56,153 nucleotides of DNA, taken from an uncultured Bacillota bacterium. GTDB lineage: Bacteria; Bacillota; Clostridia; Oscillospirales; Oscillospiraceae. The DNA is taken from assembly GCA_937890735.1 (NCBI GenBank), contig CALACZ010000099.1:1-56153 (forward strand), in the 5' to 3' direction. Below, in pieces: positions 35,879 through 45,426 of the stretch; the first letter of the stretch is position 1, and every line of letters begins with the position of its first letter. The notes below the pieces were generated by a model. That model saw only the letters and a program-made list of their open reading frames with translations, was not told the origin of the DNA and made no database searches. Position numbers and translations under genes: made by a program.

Positions 35879-35939
35879 ATTTCAGGAACTTGATTTGCCT
35901 ACCAAAGTGGTGTATTATAGAGAAAAAGGAGGCGGTCAT

Positions 35940-36365
35940 ATGATCTCCACACGCGGGCGGTATGCCATCCGCATCCTGCTCGATCTGGCGGAGCACCGCA
36001 ACGGCGATTACATCCCCATGAAGGACATGGCGCAGCGGCAGGACATTTCGCTCAAATATATCGGCAAGATCATGCCGCTGTTAAAAGCCGCAGGGCTTGT
36101 GGACAGCACGCACGGCATCGGCGGCGGCTATAAGCTCACGCGCGCGCCGGAGCAGTATACGCTGTGGGAAATTTTGCAGGTCGCCGAGGGCGATATGGCG
36201 CCCGTGTCGTGCCTGCAAAGGGACGCCGACGCCTGTGCGCGCGCCGCCGAGTGCCGCACGCTGCCGGTCTGGGAAAAATACTATGATCTCACCCGCGACT
36301 ATTTTTCCTCCATCACCCTCGCCGATCTATTGGATACCCCATTGGCGGATAATTATGTGATTTAG
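35940..36365 (+). CDS. Rrf2-family regulator with three Fe-S-type cysteines (IscR-like)
   Basis: MISTRGRYAIR, QDISLKY, GLVDSTHGIGGGYKL, EG...SCLQRDADACARAAEC; AAGGAGG RBS. Confidence 0.92.
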   Translation: MISTRGRYAIRILLDLAEHRNGDYIPMKDMAQRQDISLKYIGKIMPLLKAAGLVDSTHGIGGGYKLTRAPEQYTLWEILQVAEGDMAPVSCLQRDADACARAAECRTLPVWEKYYDLTRDYFSSITLADLLDTPLADNYVI

Positions 36366-36412
36366 TGTGCAGGAACTTCCCGAAACGAGAAGCCTTTTCG
36401 GTTTCTTGAAAA

Positions 36413-36668
36413 AAGCCTCGCAGAGTTTTGCGCCCGCAGGCGCAAAATAAAATTGGAATCATTTTTGCCGGCGGCGTGTACGTCGGCAAAAATTCTGCTC
36501 GCGGAGCGGAGTTAAGTGAGGCTCCAAGAGCGCAAGCCTTGCGCGGCGCTCTTGGCTCAGCCGAACTTATGCAGAGCGAAGCGTCGAAGTGGAATTTGTG
36601 CGCTCGCGCGCAAATTCTGCGCGCAGCGCAGTGCAAGCCTGTTCAAACGAAAACCTGTTTTCGTTTGA
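36413..36668 (-). repeat. Dispersed multi-hairpin intergenic repeat, copy 3 (inverted, with 76-bp internal insert at 36513-36588)
   Basis: Reverse complement aligns with copy 1 along its length apart from the insert. Confidence 0.88.
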
Positions 36669-36802
36669 GATCGTGTCAAAATTTTTTGACACGATCTGAA
36701 TAATTTATGAAGATTTTCAGAAAGATTTGATTCTTTGTGTCGAATGTGGTAGAATGCCCAGTGTATATTTGTAAACCACTCGATTTTTAGGAGATTCTGA
36801 AT

Positions 36803-38161
36803 TTGAGTATCACATTGTTTGGCAACTCCAAAAATGCGGCGCACGTCGCCGGGCGGAAGCGAAAGTCGAAAAAGGAAAAGGTCAAAAAGCCGCTCAAAAC
36901 GCTGGCGATCTGGCTGACGGTGCTGCTGGCTCTGGAGGGTCTGTACTTCTTCTGTGCCTACACAACCAACGATTTCGTGAGCCACTGGCGCACCGTGTAC
37001 ATCAACACCGCGCTGTCGACCATGCGCCACCGCTGGCTGGCAACGGCGCTGCTGCCCAATGACGTGGTGCAGGAGGTCATCGACTACAACACCGCCATCT
37101 CGCAGCAGGCATCCGGCAAGACCTCCTCGTGGGAGAAAAAGAACGATGACGAGGTCGTATCCAAGCCCTCCGTCAAGGAGCTGGACGCCGACATCCAGCA
37201 CGTCGATGAGATGACCGAGGAGGAGCGCGAAGCGCTCTACCGCGACGCGTTCTACGAGCTCTACTGGGAGCTGGATCAGGACTCGATGGATGCCTACCTC
37301 GCCGAGCACCCGGATACGCTGGCAAACGGCTGGGACAATATCTACATCAACGAAGCGGGGCTGGACGACGAAGGCACGATGATCCGCACCGTGTTTGACG
37401 AGCAGGTGCTCGCCATCGACTCTGCCAACGGCATTCTGCTCATCCGCGTGGAGGGCGCGCAATACCGCGGCGTGCTGGCGGTCGGCAAAAATCCGGCGCA
37501 GCTGTCCATGGAGTGGTCGGTCGGCATCGGGCGCTACGGTCAGAACGTCGGCGACATCGCCGAGCGCACGGGCGGTCTGCTCGCCATGACCGGCAGCGGC
37601 TTCATCGACGAGGACGCCATGGGCAACCAGGGCGCGGGCAACGGCGGTATTCTCGCGGGCTACGCGATGTGCAACGGCGTGGAAGCGCAGGGTCGTGCGA
37701 GCCGCAACGTGGACTGGCACAGCTTTGTGCGTCTGGAGCTGCACGAGGACAATCTCATGTACATCCGCAGCATCGACGACCCCGTGAGCGAGGACTGCAC
37801 CGACGCGGTGGAGTTTGAGCCCGCCATGATCGTGGACGGTGAGAGCCTCGTCTCCAACTGGTGGGTCGAGCTGAACCCGCGTACCGCCATCGGGCAGTCC
37901 GATAAGTATGAAGTCCTGATGCTCGCCATCGAAGGGCGCAACCCCGCCGCCGGCATTCTCGGCACGGACATCAACGTCTGCGCGGAGATCCTACAGCTGC
38001 ACAACTGCCAGCAGGCGATCGCGCTGGACGGCGGCGCGAGCACCATCATGTGGTACGACGGCGAGTACATCACCCGCTGCGCGAACCTCTCCCTCTCCAA
38101 GGGGCGCACGCTGCCGAACGCATTTGTCTACCACTACGCCGATTATGAAGGTCTGAAATAA
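36803..38161 (+). CDS. Membrane-anchored phosphodiester glycosidase (NAGPA/DUF2233) family protein
   Basis: Basic N-terminus + TM helix; AMTGSGF, NPRTAIGQ, IEGR, ALDGGAST; TTG start after AGGAG. Confidence 0.85.
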   Translation: MSITLFGNSKNAAHVAGRKRKSKKEKVKKPLKTLAIWLTVLLALEGLYFFCAYTTNDFVSHWRTVYINTALSTMRHRWLATALLPNDVVQEVIDYNTAISQQASGKTSSWEKKNDDEVVSKPSVKELDADIQHVDEMTEEEREALYRDAFYELYWELDQDSMDAYLAEHPDTLANGWDNIYINEAGLDDEGTMIRTVFDEQVLAIDSANGILLIRVEGAQYRGVLAVGKNPAQLSMEWSVGIGRYGQNVGDIAERTGGLLAMTGSGFIDEDAMGNQGAGNGGILAGYAMCNGVEAQGRASRNVDWHSFVRLELHEDNLMYIRSIDDPVSEDCTDAVEFEPAMIVDGESLVSNWWVELNPRTAIGQSDKYEVLMLAIEGRNPAAGILGTDINVCAEILQLHNCQQAIALDGGASTIMWYDGEYITRCANLSLSKGRTLPNAFVYHYADYEGLK

Positions 38162-38164
38162 CAG

Positions 38165-38197
38165 CATCCGCCCCGCATTTGCGGGGCGGATGTTTTT
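38165..38197 (+). terminator. Intrinsic terminator
   Basis: CATCCGCCCCGC-ATTT-GCGGGGCGGATG-TTTTT. Confidence 0.85.
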
Positions 38198-38250
38198 CGT
38201 AACGCCGAGTGGCGGGACTCGCTTCCCTACGCAGACCTGCGGATCTACAG

Positions 38251-38279
38251 AAAAACCCGCCCCAGAGGGGCGGGTTTTT
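38251..38279. terminator. Terminator for rsgA (bidirectional geometry)
   Basis: AAAAACCCGCCCC-AGA-GGGGCGGGTTTTT. Confidence 0.8.
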
Positions 38280-39154
38280 CAGGTCTCCCACGGTTTATGA
38301 TCTTTCACAATATCATACAGCCTCAAATAGCTCTCATAGCGGCTCTTGCCGATCGCGTTTTGCTCCACAGCGGCGCGGACGGCGCAGCCGGGTTCTTTGC
38401 GGTGGGCGCAGTCCGGGAACTGACACTGTCCCAAATATGGCAGAAACTCCACGAATGTCTGCGCCAGCTCCTCCTTCGGGATGGCGTCCATGCGGTCGGT
38501 ATCAAACGACGAAAAACCCGGCGTGTCGGCGATATACGTCCCGCCCGGCAGGCTGAACAGCTCGATATGCCGCGTGGTATGCCGCCCGCGCCCGAGCTTC
38601 TGCGACACCTCGCCCACCGGCAGCGCCAGCTCCGGCGCAAGCGCGTTCAGGACGCTGCTCTTGCCCACGCCGGAATTGCCGGTAAACACGGCGAATTTCC
38701 CCGCGATCTGCGCGCGCAGTTCTTCAATGCCCTCGCCGGTCGCGACGCTCGTCACGAGCGTGGGGATGCCCGCCTTGCGGTAAATATCCGCCAAGGGCGC
38801 GGCGGGCGCGAGATCGTCCTTGTTGACACACACGAGGCACGGCACATCCTGCCGCGCGGCGATGGTCAAAATGCGGTCAATGAGAAACGGCTCTGTCTGC
38901 GGGATGGCGCACGATGCCAGCACGACCAGCACGTCCACATTCGCCACCGCCGGTCGGATGAGCGCGTTGCGCCGGGGCAGGATGGCGTCCACCGTCCCCT
39001 TCCCCTGCTCGCGCACGATGCGCACGCGGTCGCCCACGAGCGGCGACGTCCCCTCCTTGCGAAAACGCCCCCGCGCGCGGCATTCGACCACGCCGTTTTC
39101 CGTCTGAACGTAGTAAAACCCGCTCAGTGCCTTGATGATCCGTCCTTCTTCCAT
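38279..39154 (-). CDS. rsgA: Ribosome small subunit-dependent GTPase A
   Basis: NKDDL, GNSGVGKSS, GRHTTRH, DTPGF, CQFPDCAHRKEPGCAV. Confidence 0.96.
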   Translation of the reverse strand: MEEGRIIKALSGFYYVQTENGVVECRARGRFRKEGTSPLVGDRVRIVREQGKGTVDAILPRRNALIRPAVANVDVLVVLASCAIPQTEPFLIDRILTIAARQDVPCLVCVNKDDLAPAAPLADIYRKAGIPTLVTSVATGEGIEELRAQIAGKFAVFTGNSGVGKSSVLNALAPELALPVGEVSQKLGRGRHTTRHIELFSLPGGTYIADTPGFSSFDTDRMDAIPKEELAQTFVEFLPYLGQCQFPDCAHRKEPGCAVRAAVEQNAIGKSRYESYLRLYDIVKDHKPWET

Positions 39155-39157
39155 GCT

Positions 39158-41401
39158 TCACCCAAACCGAATGCTCTTGTTCAGCGCCAGCCGCCCGTCG
39201 ATGTACACCTGCACCTGCTGCGTGCCAACGCCCTCCACGGCGATGCGGATGATGCCGTTCGGCACTTCGCTCATATCCACCGTAAACGGATCGAGCGCCA
39301 TCTCGCCGTCGAGATACACCTCCACGCTGTGCTTTTCATCATCGTCAGGGCCTTCGACCTCGATGACCTGACTGTACACCGTGCTGCCCGGTTCTACGAT
39401 CACGCAGATCATATCGGACAGGACGGACGCCGTCGAATCGTCGAGGGTGTTGACGACCTTGCAGTAGTAATAATATGTCCCGGCGGTGTCCTCCGTCACG
39501 CTGATCTGCGCGTTGTCGCCGCTGCGCACCAGCAGCTCGCCGTCATCGGTGCTGCCGGTCCTGGAGCGATACCACGCATAGGTCAGCGTGCCGTCGTCCG
39601 CCGCGCTCGCCTCCACAAACAGGCTGAACGCCTCACCTGCGAACGCCGTCTGGTCGCCGCTCTGGCGCGTGATCTCCGGCTCGGCAGCGTCCTCAGGTCC
39701 GCGCGAGACTTGCAGATTGATGACCGTCCCGGCTTTCACCTGCTCGTCGGCAGCGATGCTCTGGAACGTGACCGTGCCCTCCGGCGCGTCGTCGTCCACG
39801 GTCAGAACGCTCCCGCGTCCAAGACCCGATTCGTCAATGAGCGCCAACGCCTGATCAATATCCAGACCCACCAGCGGCGGTACGGTCGCCAGCGCCGCGG
39901 CGCTGCCCTGACTGACCGCCAGCGTGACCGTCTGCCCCTCCGTGAGCGCCGCGCCCGAGGCGGGCATGGTCTCGATGACGTAGCCGTCGGTGTACACATC
40001 GCTCAGCTGATACGTCACATTTACGACCACGCTGATCGGCAGCGCGCTCAGCTCCGCCTGCGCCTCCTGAAGCGATTTGTTCACAAGGTTCGGCATAAGA
40101 TTGCTCTCCGCGCCCGAGGACACGGTCAGCTCGATCTTTGTGCCCACCTTGGCAGAGCGCCCCGCGTCCGGCGTCTGATCCATCACATAGCCGTAGGCGT
40201 ACTGGTCGCTGGACTTCCACGCCTTGACCTCGATGGTGAAATTCGGGTATTCGCTCGCGTCGATCTCATCATACACCCGCCCCACAAGCCGCGGCACGGT
40301 GTCCTCCGCCGTGCGGGCAAAGAGATCGGACAGGAAAAACTGATACAGGAACACGCCGATGGCGATAAACGCCAGCACGATGCACACCGTGCCCGCGACC
40401 ACCGCCGTGCGCGTGCGCTTTTTTTCGCGCCGTGTCTGCTCCGGCGGCAGCCCCGTGCGTCCGCCCGCACGCGCAACGGCGCGTTCGGCGGCGGAGCGCT
40501 CCAGAATTTTGTCCGACAACCGCTGCGCGTCCGACTCCGCCGCGTGGCTGACCACCGGCTCGCCGGGACTCCAGTTGGGGTTCTTGCGGAACTCCTCCAT
40601 ATCCGCCAGCATGGCGGTCGCGCTGGGATAGCGCGCGTCGAGGTCCGCCTCCATCGCGCGCATCACGATCTTTTCCAGCCCCGCCGGAACGCCGGGGCAG
40701 AGCGTATGCAGCGCCACAGGCGTGGCGTTGATGTGCTGGATGGCGACCGACACCGGCGTGTCGCCGTCAAATGGCGGGCGACCCGCCAGCATCTCATACA
40801 TCACAACGCCCAGAGAATACAGGTCCGACCGCGCATCGACGTGCGCGCCCTTCGCCTGCTCCGGGGAGATATAATGCACCGACCCCAGCGCCTCCCGCGT
40901 GAGCGTATTCTGCGCGGACGAGATCTGCGCGATGCCGAAATCGGCGACCTTCACGCTGCCGTCCTTGAGGATCATGATGTTGTGGGGCTTAATGTCGCGG
41001 TGAATAATACCGCGGCTGTGCGCGTGCTCGAGCGCCTTGGCGATCTGCGTGGCAAAATGCAGCGCCTCGCGCCAGCTGAGCTGCCCCTTCTGCTCCATAT
41101 ACTGCTTGAGCGTGATGCCCTCGATGAGCTCCATGACGATGTAGTCGATGTTGTCCGAGTGCGACACGTCGTACACGCTCACGATATTCGGATGCGACAG
41201 CATCGCCACCGCCTGTGACTCCGCGTGGAAGCGGCGGCGGAACTCCTCGTCCTGAAACAGCTCTTCCTTCAGGATTTTGATGGCGACGAGGCGGTTGAGG
41301 CGGTTGCATCGCGCCTTGTATACCATCGCCATGCCGCCCGAGCCGATCAGCTCCAGGATCTCATAGCGATTATCCAACAGCGTTCCTATGTAACGATCCA
41401 T
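39158..41401 (-). CDS. pknB: Stk1/PrkC-family PASTA Ser/Thr kinase
   Basis: IGSGGMAMVY, VAIK, HRDIKPHN, DFG; TM helix; three PASTA repeats plus an Ig-like domain. Confidence 0.95.
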   Translation of the reverse strand: MDRYIGTLLDNRYEILELIGSGGMAMVYKARCNRLNRLVAIKILKEELFQDEEFRRRFHAESQAVAMLSHPNIVSVYDVSHSDNIDYIVMELIEGITLKQYMEQKGQLSWREALHFATQIAKALEHAHSRGIIHRDIKPHNIMILKDGSVKVADFGIAQISSAQNTLTREALGSVHYISPEQAKGAHVDARSDLYSLGVVMYEMLAGRPPFDGDTPVSVAIQHINATPVALHTLCPGVPAGLEKIVMRAMEADLDARYPSATAMLADMEEFRKNPNWSPGEPVVSHAAESDAQRLSDKILERSAAERAVARAGGRTGLPPEQTRREKKRTRTAVVAGTVCIVLAFIAIGVFLYQFFLSDLFARTAEDTVPRLVGRVYDEIDASEYPNFTIEVKAWKSSDQYAYGYVMDQTPDAGRSAKVGTKIELTVSSGAESNLMPNLVNKSLQEAQAELSALPISVVVNVTYQLSDVYTDGYVIETMPASGAALTEGQTVTLAVSQGSAAALATVPPLVGLDIDQALALIDESGLGRGSVLTVDDDAPEGTVTFQSIAADEQVKAGTVINLQVSRGPEDAAEPEITRQSGDQTAFAGEAFSLFVEASAADDGTLTYAWYRSRTGSTDDGELLVRSGDNAQISVTEDTAGTYYYYCKVVNTLDDSTASVLSDMICVIVEPGSTVYSQVIEVEGPDDDEKHSVEVYLDGEMALDPFTVDMSEVPNGIIRIAVEGVGTQQVQVYIDGRLALNKSIRFG

Positions 41402-41426
41402 AAGATGCTCCTTTTCCTTCCGATGC

Positions 41427-42158
41427 TCACATCGACGCCAGCACGAGCGTCACGTTGTCGGGCGCGCCGCGGTGCTTGGCGATCTGCATAAGGCGCTCGC
41501 AGCAGTCGCTTCTGCGCTGCCCGTGCGCCACCTCAAAGAGCATCTCCTGATCTGCCATCTCGTTGGAGAGCCCGTCGGAGCACAGCAGCAGGCACTCGTC
41601 CTTCCGCAGCTCCTGCGCGAATACATCGCCCTCTACCTCCGGCTCAGTGCCCACGGCGCGGGTGATGAGATTTTTTCCCGGGAAATTTTTCGCCTGCTCC
41701 GGCGTCAGCTCCCCGCGCAGTACCATCATCTGCACCAGCGAATGGTCCTGCGTGATCTGCTGCACGCCATTTATCGAAAAATGATAGGCGCGGCTGTCGC
41801 CGACGTTGATGAGGTAGGCGGTATTTTTGACGATCAGCGCCGCCACCAGCGTCGTGCCCATGCCGGCGTAGTTCTCGCTGGACTGCGCTTTTTCATACAC
41901 CGCGCGGTTCGCGCGCGCCAGCGCCTCGCGCAGCAGGCAGAAGATACGCTCCTGCCCGCTCACGCCCTTGTGGCTGGCGCGGACATGGTCGGAAAACGCC
42001 TTCACGGCAAGCTCGCTCGCCACATTTCCGGCGCGCGCGCCGCCCATGCCGTCGCACACGACGAGCAGCGCCCGGTCATAGCCGAGGCTGAGCGTTTCAA
42101 ACGCGTCCTGATTCTGCGGGCGCAGGTTGCCGGGGTCCGTCAGTGCCCAGATCTGCAT
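41427..42158 (-). CDS. stp: PP2C-type Ser/Thr phosphatase Stp1/PrpC
   Basis: RPQNQD, VCDGMGG, GMGTT, NVGDSRAY, CSDGL, GAPDNVT. Confidence 0.94.
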   Translation of the reverse strand: MQIWALTDPGNLRPQNQDAFETLSLGYDRALLVVCDGMGGARAGNVASELAVKAFSDHVRASHKGVSGQERIFCLLREALARANRAVYEKAQSSENYAGMGTTLVAALIVKNTAYLINVGDSRAYHFSINGVQQITQDHSLVQMMVLRGELTPEQAKNFPGKNLITRAVGTEPEVEGDVFAQELRKDECLLLCSDGLSNEMADQEMLFEVAHGQRRSDCCERLMQIAKHRGAPDNVTLVLASM

Positions 42159-43198
42159 ATACCATCCTCCTTGCCGCCTTCGTACTTTCTGCGGAGCTGC
42201 CCGCACGAGGCGTCAATATCGCTGCCGAGCGTGCGGCGGACTGTCGCCGTGACGCCGTGCTGCTGCAAAATTTCCTGAAAGCGCGCGATCACCGCGTGCG
42301 TAGACGTGCGCAGCCCCGTCTCCTCCACGCAGTTGAGCGGGATGAGATTGACGTGCGCAGCCATGCCCTGTAGTTTTTTCGCCAAAAGCTGTGCCTGCGC
42401 CTCGGAGTCACTCACGCCATCGATCATCGTGTATTCAAACGACACCCGCCGCCCGGTCTTTTCAAAATAGTCCCGGCACGCCGCCAGCAGCGTGTCCACG
42501 CCCCAGCGGCGGTTGACGGGCATGATCCGACTTCTTGATTCGTCGTCCGGCGAGTGGAGCGAGACCGACAGCGTGAGCTGTAGCTTCCGCTCCGCCAGCT
42601 TTCCGATCTTATCGACCAGCCCGCAGGTGGAAAGGCTGATGTGCCGCATCCCGATATTGAGCCCGTCCGGGCTGTTCACCAGCTCCAAAAACTGCATCAC
42701 CGCGTCAAAATTGTCCAGCGGTTCGCCGATGCCCATCAGTACGATATTCGAGATCGGCAGCCCCGATTCCTTCTGCGAAAAAATGACCTGATCCAGCAGC
42801 TCCGACGGCGCGAGCCGCCGCACGAGCCCGCCCAGCGTGGACGCGCAGAATTTGCAGCCCATCGGGCAGCCGACCTCGGACGAGATGCAGATGGTGTTGC
42901 CGTGGTGATACTGCATCACCACCGACTCCACGCAGTTGCCGTCCCCCAGCCGCCAGAGGTATTTGATCGTGCCGTCCTTCTGCGAGCGCTGCGCGCGCGC
43001 AAGGCGCGGGACGGTGATGGTGTAAAGCCCGTCCAGCTTTTCGCGCAGCGGCTTTGACAGATTCGTCATCTCGCTGAACGACTCTGCGCCCCGGTGCAGC
43101 CAGGTGAACACCTGCTTTGCCCGGAACGCCGGTTCGCCCAGCGCCCGAAATTCCGCCTGCATCTGCGCGAGCGTCATGGATTTGAGGTCTGTTTTCAT
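42140..43198 (-). CDS. rlmN: 23S rRNA m2A2503 radical SAM methyltransferase
   Basis: GCPMGCKFCAS, MGIGEPL, ISLSTCG, DIDASCGQL. Confidence 0.96.
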   Translation of the reverse strand: MKTDLKSMTLAQMQAEFRALGEPAFRAKQVFTWLHRGAESFSEMTNLSKPLREKLDGLYTITVPRLARAQRSQKDGTIKYLWRLGDGNCVESVVMQYHHGNTICISSEVGCPMGCKFCASTLGGLVRRLAPSELLDQVIFSQKESGLPISNIVLMGIGEPLDNFDAVMQFLELVNSPDGLNIGMRHISLSTCGLVDKIGKLAERKLQLTLSVSLHSPDDESRSRIMPVNRRWGVDTLLAACRDYFEKTGRRVSFEYTMIDGVSDSEAQAQLLAKKLQGMAAHVNLIPLNCVEETGLRTSTHAVIARFQEILQQHGVTATVRRTLGSDIDASCGQLRRKYEGGKEDGICRSGH

Positions 43199-44505
43199 GC
43201 CTGTTTCCTCATTTTACAGATAAAAAAGCCGTCGCAGTCGTGCTGCCCCGGCAGCAGCGTCACAAAGCGCGTATCGGTGACCCGCAGCCCATCCGGCAGT
43301 GCCAAAACCTCCACGCAGAACTCCGGGTGCGCCTGCAAAAACGCCTGCGCCACATCCTCATTTTCGCGCCGCAGCACCGTGCAGGTGCTGTAGAGCAGCA
43401 CGCCGCCGGGTTTGACATACGCCGAAACGTTCTCCAGGATCGCCCGCTGTACCTGCGGCAGACGCTCCAGCGGCGCAAGGTCCTTATAGCGGATGTCCGG
43501 CTTTTTGCGGATCACACCCAGCCCGGAGCACGGCACGTCCGCCAGCACAATATCCATCCGCTCCACAAATTCCTCGCACCGCGCCGCCGCGTCCTGTACG
43601 CGCGCGGTGATGTTTTCAATGCCGAGCCGCTGCGCGCCCTTTTCGATGAGCGCGATCTTATGCGGGTGAATATCACACGAGATGGCCTCGCCGCGATTTT
43701 CCATCCGCGCCGCCATGGCAAAGCTCTTGCCGCCCGGCGCGGCGCACACATCCAGCACGCGCATTCCCGGCCGTGCCCCGGCGCACCGCGCCGCCAGCGC
43801 CGCCGCCGCGTCCTGCACATACACGCGCCCCTCGCAAAATGCCGCGAGCTTTGTCAGGTCGCCCGCGCCCTCCGCCAGCATACAGTCCGGCAGCCACGGA
43901 TGCGGCGTGAGCCGCACGCCCGCCGCCGTCAGCTCATCCCAGACGCTCTGCGGCTGCGTTTTGAGCGGGTTATATTGCAGCGTCATCGGCGCGGGCGCAT
44001 TGTCCGCCGCTAAAAACGCCTCCAGCGTCCCCTCCGGCAGGTTTTCACGCAAAAGCGCGACCAGCGCCGCGGGATGACTGTATCTTGTCTCCAAGTCATC
44101 GGGCTGCTTCAGGCTGCCCTTTTGCCGCGAGAGCGAGCGCAGCACACCGTTGACCAGCCCCGCCGCGCGGCGGTTTCCGTATGTTTTGCACTGCTCCACC
44201 GCTTCATTGACGGCGGCGGAATCGGGCACGCGCTCCAAAAGCAGCACCTGATACGCCCCCAGCAGCAGAATATCCGCCACCACGGGCTGCAAGTCCTTGA
44301 ATTTGCCGCTGAGTACCTGCGACAGCGCATATTCCAGCAGCGCCCGGTTTTGCAGCACGCCATAGCAGAGCTGGCTCGCCAGCGCGGCGTCGCGCCGGTC
44401 AAGACCATCGCGCGCGATGTACTGCTTGAGCACGCCGTCCGACCACGCGCCCTGACGGCGCGTGGCGATGAGCGCGCTGAGCGCCGTGGTCCGCGCCGTC
44501 GCCAT
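43195..44505 (-). CDS. rsmB: 16S rRNA m5C967 methyltransferase
   Basis: NusB-like N-domain; DVCAAPGGK, DVPCSGLG, YSTCT. Confidence 0.95.
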   Translation of the reverse strand: MATARTTALSALIATRRQGAWSDGVLKQYIARDGLDRRDAALASQLCYGVLQNRALLEYALSQVLSGKFKDLQPVVADILLLGAYQVLLLERVPDSAAVNEAVEQCKTYGNRRAAGLVNGVLRSLSRQKGSLKQPDDLETRYSHPAALVALLRENLPEGTLEAFLAADNAPAPMTLQYNPLKTQPQSVWDELTAAGVRLTPHPWLPDCMLAEGAGDLTKLAAFCEGRVYVQDAAAALAARCAGARPGMRVLDVCAAPGGKSFAMAARMENRGEAISCDIHPHKIALIEKGAQRLGIENITARVQDAAARCEEFVERMDIVLADVPCSGLGVIRKKPDIRYKDLAPLERLPQVQRAILENVSAYVKPGGVLLYSTCTVLRRENEDVAQAFLQAHPEFCVEVLALPDGLRVTDTRFVTLLPGQHDCDGFFICKMRKQA

Positions 44506-45426
44506 TTACAGCTCCAGCGGATGCCCGCGGAAATAATCCGCCGCCGCCATCCGCTTGCCGCCCTGCGCCTGAAGCTGCGTCACGCGCAGAACGCCGCCCC
44601 CGCCGCACGCGACGAGCAGCCCCTTTTTATCCAGCCCCAGCACCGTGCCGGGCGCTTTGTCGGTCGTCTGTTCCGTTTTTTCTGCGCGGAAAATTTTGAA
44701 CGCCGTGCCTGCCAGCTCCGCCGTCGCCACGGGCCACGGGATGAGCCCGCGTATCTGGTCGATGACCCACTGCGCCGGCTGCGCCCAGTCAATGGGCGAC
44801 ATGGACTTATCCAGCATCGGCGCATACGTCGCCTTTGTGGCGTCCTGCGGTGTGCGCCCAGCCGTCCCGGCTTCGATGGCGCGCACGGTGTCGCACGCGA
44901 GACCTGCCGCAATGTCCGCCAGCCGCGCCATCAGCTCCTCCGACGTTTCCATCGGGTCGATGGGCGTTTTGCGAATTTCGATCACGTCGCCCTCGTCCAT
45001 TCCGGCGGTCAGATACATCGCGCTCACGCCCGTCTCGGCGCAGTGATTGAGGATCGACCACTGCACGGGACCCGCCCCGCGCAGCTCCGGCAGGATGCTC
45101 GCGTGCATATTGATGCAGCCGTATTTCGGGATGTCCAGCACGCGCTGCGGCAGAATTTTGCCGTAGGCGACCACCACGATCAGCTCCGGCGCGAGCGCGC
45201 GAAGCTGCTCCACCGCCGCGTCGTCGCGGAATGTCTCCGGCTGCACCACCGGCAGGTCGTGCGCCAGTGCAAATTCCTTCACCGGCGACTGCGTCAGCTT
45301 CATCCCCCGGTTTTTCGGCATATCCGGCTTGGTATACACCGCCGCGATCTCGCACGCGCCGCTCGTATACAGCCGCTCGAGGCACACGCGGGCGATGTCC
45401 GGCGTGCCCATGTAAACAATTCTCAT
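44506..45426 (-). CDS. fmt: Methionyl-tRNA formyltransferase
   Basis: YMGTPD, VVAYGKILP, INMHASILP...RGAGP, GMDEG. Confidence 0.96.
   Translation of the reverse strand: MRIVYMGTPDIARVCLERLYTSGACEIAAVYTKPDMPKNRGMKLTQSPVKEFALAHDLPVVQPETFRDDAAVEQLRALAPELIVVVAYGKILPQRVLDIPKYGCINMHASILPELRGAGPVQWSILNHCAETGVSAMYLTAGMDEGDVIEIRKTPIDPMETSEELMARLADIAAGLACDTVRAIEAGTAGRTPQDATKATYAPMLDKSMSPIDWAQPAQWVIDQIRGLIPWPVATAELAGTAFKIFRAEKTEQTTDKAPGTVLGLDKKGLLVACGGGGVLRVTQLQAQGGKRMAAADYFRGHPLEL

Noticed and set aside
5171..41218. Very long opposite-strand ORFs (e.g. 5171-6877, 10510-13050, 25083-27563, 27576-30101, 32423-35845, 38297-41218)
   Set aside because: Antisense shadows of real genes caused by high-GC codon bias; no RBS or family motifs.
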